The notes under the pieces: generated by a model | What the model saw: only the letters and a program-made list of their open reading frames with translations | Database searches by the model: none | What the model was told of the DNA's origin: nothing | Shown: positions 1 to 7,139 of the stretch, piece after piece | Layout of the letters: every line of letters begins with the position of its first letter | Numbering within the stretch: the stretch's first letter is position 1 | Translations under genes and position numbers: made by a program | Assembly: GCA_021324035.1 (NCBI GenBank) | Contig: JAJPJU010000188.1 | Location: 1 to 41,852 of the forward strand | DNA: 41,852 nt | Direction of reading: 5' to 3' | From: Spartobacteria bacterium | GTDB taxonomy: Bacteria > Verrucomicrobiota > Verrucomicrobiia > Chthoniobacterales > UBA10450

Positions 1-2
1 AC

Positions 3-563
3 CGTTTCACGCTGCCTAAAGGCCTGTCGGTCGAAAACCTGGCGCCTCTGGGGAAGGGGAACCTTCCCGAAGCGAGCGGATCCGGCTTGGCCGCCTACGT
101 TCGAGACAACTTCAAATCCGATATGAGCTTTGACGATCTCGATTGGTTGTGCGGCTCCACGCGTCTGCCCGTCGTGGTTAAAGGCGTCTGTCGCGGAGAG
201 GACGCCGGGCGCATCGCGGACCACGGCGCAAAGGGGATCGTAGTTTCAAACCATGGCGGCCGGCAGCTTGATACAGCCCCTGCGACTTGCGACGTCTTGC
301 CACATGTAGCCAGTGCCGCCGGCGATCGTTGCGAAATTTATGTCGACGGCGGAATTCGGCGCGGAAGCGATGTGCTCAAGGCGATCGCGCTCGGCGCGCG
401 AGCGGTGTTGATCGGACGGCCGATTCTCAGCGGGCTGTCCGTTGCCGGCGAACAAGGCGTAGTCCAGGTGTTGGAAATTTTGCGACGGGAATTGGATGAA
501 GCGATGTTGCTTTGCGGCTGCACAAAGTTAAGCGACATTGGCCGGTGGCTGTTTCAGCCCTGA
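3..563 (+). CDS. FMN-dependent alpha-hydroxy-acid dehydrogenase/oxidase (L-lactate dehydrogenase / glycolate oxidase family), C-terminal part; 5-prime end outside window
   Basis: The frame is open from base 3; the track ORF 87..563 starts at an internal TTG. Family hallmarks are present: PVVVKGV, GIVVSNHGGRQLD, YVDGGIRRGSDVLKAIALGA, GRP. Stop TGA at 561-563. Confidence 0.85.
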   Translation, partial: RFTLPKGLSVENLAPLGKGNLPEASGSGLAAYVRDNFKSDMSFDDLDWLCGSTRLPVVVKGVCRGEDAGRIADHGAKGIVVSNHGGRQLDTAPATCDVLPHVASAAGDRCEIYVDGGIRRGSDVLKAIALGARAVLIGRPILSGLSVAGEQGVVQVLEILRRELDEAMLLCGCTKLSDIGRWLFQP

Positions 564-574
564 TTGAACGCACA

Positions 575-1000
575 ATGAAAACGACTACGTTCCTGCTTTT
601 TCTATGCGGATTCTTTATTTGCCCAAATCTGGTTCACGGGCGTGTCGGCGAAACTGAGGCACAGGTCGATCATCGTTTTGGCAAACCCGTCGGAAAATGG
701 GACGACTATATCGGTTACAGGAAGCTGTATCACTGGCATGGCTTCGATGTAATGGTCACTTTCGTTGATGGTGTGAGCCAGCGAGAGATGTTCAATAAGA
801 GCCAGGGCTATGTCGATGCTCACGATTACAAAGTCCTCAAGAAAGTCGGCGGCGCCGATCAGAACGGAATTGTTTTTGATAAGGCCGGCGTGTTTACGAC
901 TAAAGAGTTCGGCGAAAAGTATGACGCCGCCAAACAGGCCGCGTGGTCGAAATCGAATCAGAAACAACAACAACAACAGCAGCAGCAGCAGCAGCAATAG
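575..1000 (+). CDS. small secreted protein with C-terminal poly-glutamine tail
   Basis: ATG at 575 gives MKTTTFLLFLCGFFICPNLVHG, a signal-peptide-like N-terminus. The track ORF 512..1000 overlaps the upstream gene. The protein ends QKQQQQQQQQQQQ. No family recognised. Confidence 0.6.
   Translation: MKTTTFLLFLCGFFICPNLVHGRVGETEAQVDHRFGKPVGKWDDYIGYRKLYHWHGFDVMVTFVDGVSQREMFNKSQGYVDAHDYKVLKKVGGADQNGIVFDKAGVFTTKEFGEKYDAAKQAAWSKSNQKQQQQQQQQQQQ
965..997 (+). repeat. (CAA)4(CAG)6CAA trinucleotide tract encoding 11 consecutive Gln
   Basis: Read directly: caacaacaacaacagcagcagcagcagcagcaa, followed by TAG at 998-1000. Confidence 0.95.
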
Positions 1001-1027
1001 AGACGGCTCCGCACCGGCGATTGAGAT

Positions 1028-2113
1028 CTAGCTCGGCCGTTTCCGTTTCGCGTGCCAAAAATGACGCCGATATTGTCCAGGCGGAATTTTGAGAGCGCGC
1101 TGAAAAACATTGCGCATCGCGTTCACGTTGGCGAACCCGCATTCGGTGGCGATCGTCTCCATGCTGTTTTGGCTTTCTTCCAGGCGGCGACGCGCGGCTT
1201 CGACCCGCAGACGTTCGATAAACTTCGCCGGCGTCGTCTTCATTTCGCTGTTAAACACCCTGGCAAAATTGCGGGGACTCATCGCGACCCGTTGGGCGAG
1301 AACCGGAACGGTCAGCGCCTTATCCAGATTGTCGAGCACCCACGATTCGAGTTCGCGCAACGGTTTGCGATCCGTTGCCTGCAATGACAGCGCAGCGCTG
1401 AATTGAGATTGGTTACCGGGCCGGCGCAAATACAGCACCAAATTACGAGCCACCTGGAGCGCCAGGCGCGATCCATGATCTTCCTCGACTAAGGCGAGCG
1501 CTAGATCCATTCCAGCGGTAACGCCGGCCGAAGTGTAAACGTTTTCGTCGCGAACAAAGATCGGATCCGGATCGACATCGGCGCGGGGCGCGCGTTTGAT
1601 CAAAGTCTGGCACCAGTTCCAATGGGTGGTGGCGCGTCGGCCGTCGAGCAATCCTGCGCGGGCCAGCAGCATTGCTCCGGTGCAGACCGAACCGACGCGA
1701 CGGCATTTGGCGGCAGTTTGCTTCAACCAGCGCACGGCGTCGGATTTGAGTTCGTTACGCTCAATTGCGTCGCCGCCAGCCACCAGCAGGGTGTCGATCT
1801 TTCCGCGCACCTGCCGAAACGTTTTGTCCGTGCTGAAGCGCAGCCCGCAATTCGCAGTAATTGATCGGCTGCCGGAAACGCTGACAACCTCAACGCTGTA
1901 GATTGGTCGCGAGCCAGGATGTTCGCGACAATGCATGTCGGACGCGCGAGCGAACACCTGCAAAGGGCCGACAAGATCGAGGATCTCCGTTTCCGCGCCA
2001 GCGACAAAAACGATGCGGCGTGATGGGCGCGCCGCGCTGCCATTGATTCTTGTCTTCAAATTTTTAGAGTCCAATGCGGCCGCTGCCGTTTTCTCATGCT
2101 CGCCACATGTCAC
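1028..2113 (-). CDS. GlxA-family transcriptional regulator (N-terminal DJ-1/PfpI-like domain + C-terminal AraC-type HTH)
   Basis: 361-aa ORF with a GTG start. The DJ-1-like nucleophile-elbow region is SVCTGAMLLARAGLLDGRRATTHW. The C-terminal AraC HTH reads LAQRVAMSPRNFARVFNSEMKTTPAKFIERLRVEAARRRL...IATECGFANVNAMRNVFQRALKIPPGQYRRHF. Confidence 0.85.
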   Translation of the reverse strand: MTCGEHEKTAAAALDSKNLKTRINGSAARPSRRIVFVAGAETEILDLVGPLQVFARASDMHCREHPGSRPIYSVEVVSVSGSRSITANCGLRFSTDKTFRQVRGKIDTLLVAGGDAIERNELKSDAVRWLKQTAAKCRRVGSVCTGAMLLARAGLLDGRRATTHWNWCQTLIKRAPRADVDPDPIFVRDENVYTSAGVTAGMDLALALVEEDHGSRLALQVARNLVLYLRRPGNQSQFSAALSLQATDRKPLRELESWVLDNLDKALTVPVLAQRVAMSPRNFARVFNSEMKTTPAKFIERLRVEAARRRLEESQNSMETIATECGFANVNAMRNVFQRALKIPPGQYRRHFWHAKRKRPS

Positions 2114-2120
2114 TCGTCAC

Positions 2121-3071
2121 TTACTTCGCCGTCACTTTACTATCCGCCGACACGAACTTCCCGGGGTCGGTGTCGAAGGTTTTCTTGTCGTCCTCCGAGC
2201 AGAAATAATAAGTCTGGTTCTTAAAGTTAGACTTCGGCGCGATCTTGGGATCGACATCCATTCCGCACACCGCACAAAGCGGATGTTCGGCAGTCGAAAC
2301 CAACGCAGTGGCGTAAAGCTGATTGGAGTCGGCATTCATCCAGCCCTGACCCTGATATTCCATGTTGTAAGCGGTTTTCTCCGCAACTTCGCGGCCGTAG
2401 TAACGCTCGACCACACGCAGGGCGAGATCGATGCCCGACGAAAGTCCACCGGCGGTTGCGAGATTTCCGTTCTCGACAAATCGAGCTCCGCGTTTGAGCG
2501 CGATGTTCGGAAACGTCATGGCAAACCTGCCGAACGCGCCGTGAAACGTGGTCGCAGATTTGCCGTCGAGCAGTCCGGTTTTCGCGAGCACAAACGCACC
2601 GGTGCAAACCGACATTGTGACGTCGGTGGTTTTCGAAGATTTGCGGATCCAATCGAGCACGGCTGGACTTGGTTCGCTTTGAGCCGGGATCACGATGACG
2701 CGCGGAACAGGAGCGTTGGCGATCGTATAATCGGGGACGATTTGCATTCCACCGCTGGTGCGAATCGGTTTGGTCGTTTCAGCGACGGTGTAAAGCCGGA
2801 ATGGCGCGTCCTGCCTGCTGGGAACGTTCGTATCCTGAAAAACTTCCCACGGACCGCAGAAATCGATCACCACCGCGCGGTCTGAAATCAGGAACGCGAC
2901 CGGAATCGGATCTTTGTCTGGCGGCTTGAGGGAATCTGTTTGCGCACTGGATTTCTTTGGCTCGGGCTGTTTGGGGGAATCAACCGGGGCCGCGGCGATG
3001 AAAATCGCCACCGGGATGAGAAGTGCCAGCAGGGTCAGGATCGCTTGCTTGGAGTTCGAGGATGTTTTCAT
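2121..3071 (-). CDS. membrane-anchored/secreted DJ-1/PfpI-family protein with C-terminal YHS (TRASH-like) metal-binding domain
   Basis: ATG at 3071 gives MKTSSNSKQAILTLLALLIPVAIFIAAAP, a signal or anchor. DJ-1/PfpI core: VCTGAFVLAKTGLLDGKSATTFH. C-terminal YHS-type motif: CAVCGMDVDPKIAPKSNFKNQTYYFCSEDDKKTF. The gene ends 7 nt upstream of the GlxA-type gene. Confidence 0.8.
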   Translation of the reverse strand: MKTSSNSKQAILTLLALLIPVAIFIAAAPVDSPKQPEPKKSSAQTDSLKPPDKDPIPVAFLISDRAVVIDFCGPWEVFQDTNVPSRQDAPFRLYTVAETTKPIRTSGGMQIVPDYTIANAPVPRVIVIPAQSEPSPAVLDWIRKSSKTTDVTMSVCTGAFVLAKTGLLDGKSATTFHGAFGRFAMTFPNIALKRGARFVENGNLATAGGLSSGIDLALRVVERYYGREVAEKTAYNMEYQGQGWMNADSNQLYATALVSTAEHPLCAVCGMDVDPKIAPKSNFKNQTYYFCSEDDKKTFDTDPGKFVSADSKVTAK

Positions 3072-3173
3072 GATCCTGATATTGGGAGGATAGCGCAATG
3101 GCAGCAATGACAACAATCATCATATTTCTGCCAACGCGCTTCAATCCCAACTACTATGAAAACGCGCCGAGGG

Positions 3174-5237
3174 TCAGGTTTTTGGGGCGAGTGACGCTAC
3201 GATTTTTTCGAAGCGCGGATCGCCGCGGAGCGAGTCCCAGTAAGGGAGCAGTTTAAGCTGACCGTAACTGATCGTGCCGGGGAGTTGAACCGCTTTGGCG
3301 AGCTTTTCGCAGGCCAAATCTTTGTCACCGACCCAGGCCGCGATCAGCGCATAATACTCAATCATATGCACACCGTTGATTGAATCTTTCGCAACTGGAA
3401 GAAGATCGATCGCGCGGCGGCCTTCCTGCAAGGCTTCCTGTTTTCGGCCAAGGCCGGCATCGATCAAACCCAAGACACAAATCGCCGGGGCCCAATCCGG
3501 TTGTTGCTGAAGAAGCTTTTGCTGTTTAGCGCGGGCAGCGCCGAAAGCCGCCTGCGCTTTGGTTTCGTCTTTGGTCATTCTAGCAATCAGACCCATCGCA
3601 ACGTCGTGATTGAGATAAACGGCGTCGTTACCAATATCGTTATCACCTAACGCAGACAAAGCGTGCTCGGCGGCGGCCGAATCGCGTTCCGACATCGCAC
3701 ATTGGAACCAGGTGTCGGCCACATTTTTCATCGCGTCGGAACTCAGGGACTGAAGCATTTGATGCAACGGCCGTGGATCCGCCTTCCACTCTAGGTCCAC
3801 TTGTGCGCGGGCCGCGCCGATTTCGACATCTCCCGGTTTAATGGACAATCCGCGGTCCAACGCTGCCGCCATTTCGGGATAGCGACGCAGATTTTGATAA
3901 CTGAGGGAGATTTGCTCGAGGATGAAAAAGTTTCGAGGATCGAGTTCGAGAGCCCGCTGAAGATTTTTGATGGCTTCGTCGTACTTGCCCTGGCGACGAA
4001 CTATGTAACCAATGAGTTCCGACACGCGCGAATCATTCGGCAGAGTTTTCCGCGCGATCTCTAACTCAGCGAGAGCTCCGTCGTAATCGAGGTAGCCACG
4101 GTAAAGATTTTCCGCGCGAGCGAGGCGCGCTTCGCCCGCATCTGGCCGCAATCGAAACGCAGATTGGATCGCGGCCTCAGCCAAAGCCAGCCGAGCTGGA
4201 GTATGATCGTTTCCGAGGAAGTAGAGATTGTCATTGGCATAAGCCAGCTGGCAGTAAGCTTCAAAAAAGGACGGGTCACGCGCAACCGCCTGGTTGAGAA
4301 GGTCGACCGCCTGAACATAGAGAGACTGGACATTTGCGTTCAGGGTAGTCGTTAAAAGAATATTTTTGGCGCGGGTAAAGAGATCAAACGCGGTCACATC
4401 GGAAGTCGGCTTCTGCTCGATTGCGCTCTTTTCGCTCGGCGAAAGTTTTGCCTGAAGTTGATCGGCAATCGCCTTTGCGATTTCACTTTGAATCGCAAAC
4501 ACATCCGCGATATCGCGATCAAAATTTTCCGCCCACTGGTGTGCATCAGTCCGGGCATCGATTAACTGGGCGTTCACCCGCACTTTGCCGCCAGCGCGTT
4601 GGACGCTGCCTTCGAGTAGATGCGCCACGCCAAGTTGCTGGCCAATCTCACGCAGATTGCGTTGTGCGCCGCTCTTGTATTGCATCACGCTGGTGCGGCT
4701 GATCACTTTCAGATCGGCAACTCTCGCCAAATCGGTCAGGATTTCATCCTGCACGCCATCGGTAAAAAAGGCGTTGTCTGGGTCGCGGCTGAGATTTTCG
4801 AATGGCAAAACCGCGATTGATTTCTCCGGTATCGACGACGCAGCAGTCATCGGAGTGGTCGAAGCGTCAGCTGTGCTGGAAGCTTTTGGACGCAACAACT
4901 GAAACGCCAGCAAGCCACTGGCTGTGATGCCGAGCACGACCGTAGTCCACATCAGTTTTCGTCCGGTACGATGGGTGATCGATTGGTTAAGGTCGACATC
5001 TTCGGCCCGCTTGATTCCTTCCGGCGTAATCTCGAAGGCCCAGGCCAGAAACAGCGCGATTGGAAAACCGAGAATCAAGAGCAGCACGACCAGACGGACC
5101 GCCCAGTTCGGAATCTCAAAAAACGGGAAGACCTGAGTCGCGACCTGAATCAGGAGCCAGGCCACGATCGCGTAGGCAACCGCGACCTTGTAGACATTGC
5201 GCCGTTTCAGCTCGGCGAAGAAATTACCCGTATTCAT
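3174..5237 (-). CDS. array member G8, subtype L: membrane-anchored TolB-N-like/TPR protein (687 aa)
   Basis: Contains MNTGNFFAELKRRNVYKVAVAYAIVAWLLIQ, AWAFEITPEGIKRAEDV, a third TM segment, SIAVLPFENLSRDPDNAFFTDGVQDEILTDLARVADLKVISRTS, a long TPR-like region and the tail YWDSLRGDPRFEKIV. Confidence 0.85.
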   Translation of the reverse strand: MNTGNFFAELKRRNVYKVAVAYAIVAWLLIQVATQVFPFFEIPNWAVRLVVLLLILGFPIALFLAWAFEITPEGIKRAEDVDLNQSITHRTGRKLMWTTVVLGITASGLLAFQLLRPKASSTADASTTPMTAASSIPEKSIAVLPFENLSRDPDNAFFTDGVQDEILTDLARVADLKVISRTSVMQYKSGAQRNLREIGQQLGVAHLLEGSVQRAGGKVRVNAQLIDARTDAHQWAENFDRDIADVFAIQSEIAKAIADQLQAKLSPSEKSAIEQKPTSDVTAFDLFTRAKNILLTTTLNANVQSLYVQAVDLLNQAVARDPSFFEAYCQLAYANDNLYFLGNDHTPARLALAEAAIQSAFRLRPDAGEARLARAENLYRGYLDYDGALAELEIARKTLPNDSRVSELIGYIVRRQGKYDEAIKNLQRALELDPRNFFILEQISLSYQNLRRYPEMAAALDRGLSIKPGDVEIGAARAQVDLEWKADPRPLHQMLQSLSSDAMKNVADTWFQCAMSERDSAAAEHALSALGDNDIGNDAVYLNHDVAMGLIARMTKDETKAQAAFGAARAKQQKLLQQQPDWAPAICVLGLIDAGLGRKQEALQEGRRAIDLLPVAKDSINGVHMIEYYALIAAWVGDKDLACEKLAKAVQLPGTISYGQLKLLPYWDSLRGDPRFEKIVASLAPKT

Positions 5238-5340
5238 TAGGACATATGGCCAACGGACTTTGCTTATAAATCCGTAAACCGCAAATAAAGTTCACGAACC
5301 CGGCGCTCCCAGTCGCGAGTTAATTGTTAGCCGTCAGCCG

Positions 5341-5409
5341 TTATTGATGGCGCAAACCTGATAAACCTTCCGCCGCTTCAGTCCGGCGAAGAAAGAACGC
5401 TTTTCTCAT
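5341..5409 (-). pseudogene. decayed 5-prime stump of a ninth array paralog
   Basis: ATG 5409-5407 overlaps the G7 stop (TGATG). The ATG frame reads MRKAFFLRRTEAAEGLSGLRHQ*. The +1 frame reads FFAGLKRRKVYQVCAI, compared with the family consensus FFAELKRRNVYKVAVAY. The rest of the gene is absent. Confidence 0.55.
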
Positions 5410-7139
5410 CACGGCGCCGGCATTCCGAGTTTGTCCCGCAACTTTTGATAACGTGGATCGCCACGAAAATTGTGGAGCAGGGGATCGACCAAGAGACTTA
5501 AGGTGCCGCCATCGCGCTGATCGAAAGAGGTTTGCAACCACTCGAAGACCTTGTCGGCTTCGCCCCGCACTGCATAAACCTCGGCGATCTGATATGCCAG
5601 TCGATCGTGGGCATGAGCGATCAAATCGGCCAGAGCCGCGTCCGCTTCTTTCCGGTTGCCCTGTACAAAATGCCCAAGCGCCAGCCCAAACCGTTTGAAA
5701 TTCTCGTCCGGCTCAAGATTCGCTTCGCGCAAAACGCCTTCGCCGTCATGTCGCTCCACCGCGACCAGGACTTGAAAGCGATGACTCGACGAAGCTGTCG
5801 GCTGCAACTCAGGCACTTTGCGCGCAGCCGCTTCTGCCTGATCGAGTTTCCCCGCGTTGAAAAGGACGCGAGAAAGATTGAAATACGCCGAAACCGACAA
5901 TGGATCTATCTCCACCGCATACCGTGCCTGGCGCTCGGCATCTTCGAATCGGCCTACGTAAACAATGACTCGCGCGAGCAAATCGTTTGCAGTCGGATTC
6001 GCCGGGGAAAGTTCTTTCGCGCGCTCAAGTTCCTTTAGACCTTCAGCAAACTTCCATTCGACGAAAAATCGGACCCAGCCGAGTGCGGCGTGCGCTTCGG
6101 CCAGCGCCGGCGCAATTGCGACAGCTTTCTCCGCATCACTGCGCGCTTTCGGATATGCAGTTGGCCGTTCGCCTGCGAGATCACCGACCAATGTCCACGC
6201 TTCCGCGCGTTCCGCGTAAGCCAATGCGTAATTGGGGTCGAGCCGCGTTGCCTCGTCGTAATAGGTGATGGCTTTGCGGTAGTCGTCAACGTTTCGCCGA
6301 AGCAATCGGAAATGCGCCTGGAGATAGGCGTTGTGCGCTTCCGCATTCGAAGGCGCGGCCACCTGCATCGAAGTCGCACTCGCGCCGAGCAACGTTACCT
6401 TCAAAGAACTCGCCACTGCGCTCGCGATTTCCTGTTGCAACGCGAAGATGTCCTTGAGCTCGCGGTCGAACGTTCGGGTCCAGAGCGTGATCCCGTCCGC
6501 CGAGTTCACCAATGCCGCCACGATCCGAACTCGATCGCCCTGTTTTCGGACTGTACCCTCGAGCAAAGTGTTCACTCCCAGCTTCTCGCCAATCACTTTC
6601 GGTTCTTCTTTTCGATCTTTGAAACGGAAGGACGAACTGCGACCAATTACTTTAAGCCCGCCAATTTGTCCAAGAGCCGCGATCAATTCCTCCGACAGGC
6701 CGTCAGAGAAATATTCGTCCTGCGGGTCGCCGCTTTCGTTGACCAATGGCAGGACCGCGATCGATTTTTTCGATACCATCCTTTGTCGAGGCGTGGCGCT
6801 GTATCGGCCGAGAAAAAACAAAGAGAGCGAGAGCGCGGCGCCGATGATGACGATGTAAATCCACGGTCCGTGGACCGAATGCGGCGTGGTCGGATCGACA
6901 TCTTCCGTTCGCTTCAATCCTTCAGGTGTGATTTCAAGGAACCAGGCACAGGCGAGAGCCACTGGAAACCCAACGATGATGACGAGAACTATGGATCTGA
7001 TCGCCCAGTTCGGAACATCGAAGACTGGGAAAACCTGGGCGATTCCCTGGGCAAGCGCCCAGCCGCCGACGAGGTAGGCGATAGCGACCTTATAAACGTT
7101 GCGCCGCTTCAGTTCAGAAAAGAAATTGCGATTACTCAT
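5409..7139 (-). CDS. array member G7, subtype M: membrane-anchored TolB-N-like/TPR protein (576 aa)
   Basis: ATG at 7139 gives MSNRNFFSELKRRNVYKVAIAY and overlaps the G6 stop (ATGA, 7136-7139). Contains SIAVLPLVNESGDPQDEYFSDGLSEELIAAL..LKVIGRSSS, TPR-like repeats and the tail DPLLHNFRGDPRYQKL. Very similar to G2. Confidence 0.85.
   Translation of the reverse strand: MSNRNFFSELKRRNVYKVAIAYLVGGWALAQGIAQVFPVFDVPNWAIRSIVLVIIVGFPVALACAWFLEITPEGLKRTEDVDPTTPHSVHGPWIYIVIIGAALSLSLFFLGRYSATPRQRMVSKKSIAVLPLVNESGDPQDEYFSDGLSEELIAALGQIGGLKVIGRSSSFRFKDRKEEPKVIGEKLGVNTLLEGTVRKQGDRVRIVAALVNSADGITLWTRTFDRELKDIFALQQEIASAVASSLKVTLLGASATSMQVAAPSNAEAHNAYLQAHFRLLRRNVDDYRKAITYYDEATRLDPNYALAYAERAEAWTLVGDLAGERPTAYPKARSDAEKAVAIAPALAEAHAALGWVRFFVEWKFAEGLKELERAKELSPANPTANDLLARVIVYVGRFEDAERQARYAVEIDPLSVSAYFNLSRVLFNAGKLDQAEAAARKVPELQPTASSSHRFQVLVAVERHDGEGVLREANLEPDENFKRFGLALGHFVQGNRKEADAALADLIAHAHDRLAYQIAEVYAVRGEADKVFEWLQTSFDQRDGGTLSLLVDPLLHNFRGDPRYQKLRDKLGMPAP

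Noticed and set aside
5266-5290. A possible additional heptamer tract (ataaatc cgtaaac cgcaaat aaag) upstream of G8.
   Set aside because: Only about three poorly matching units are present, with no inverted partner beyond a 5-bp stem. It is not distinguishable from chance.
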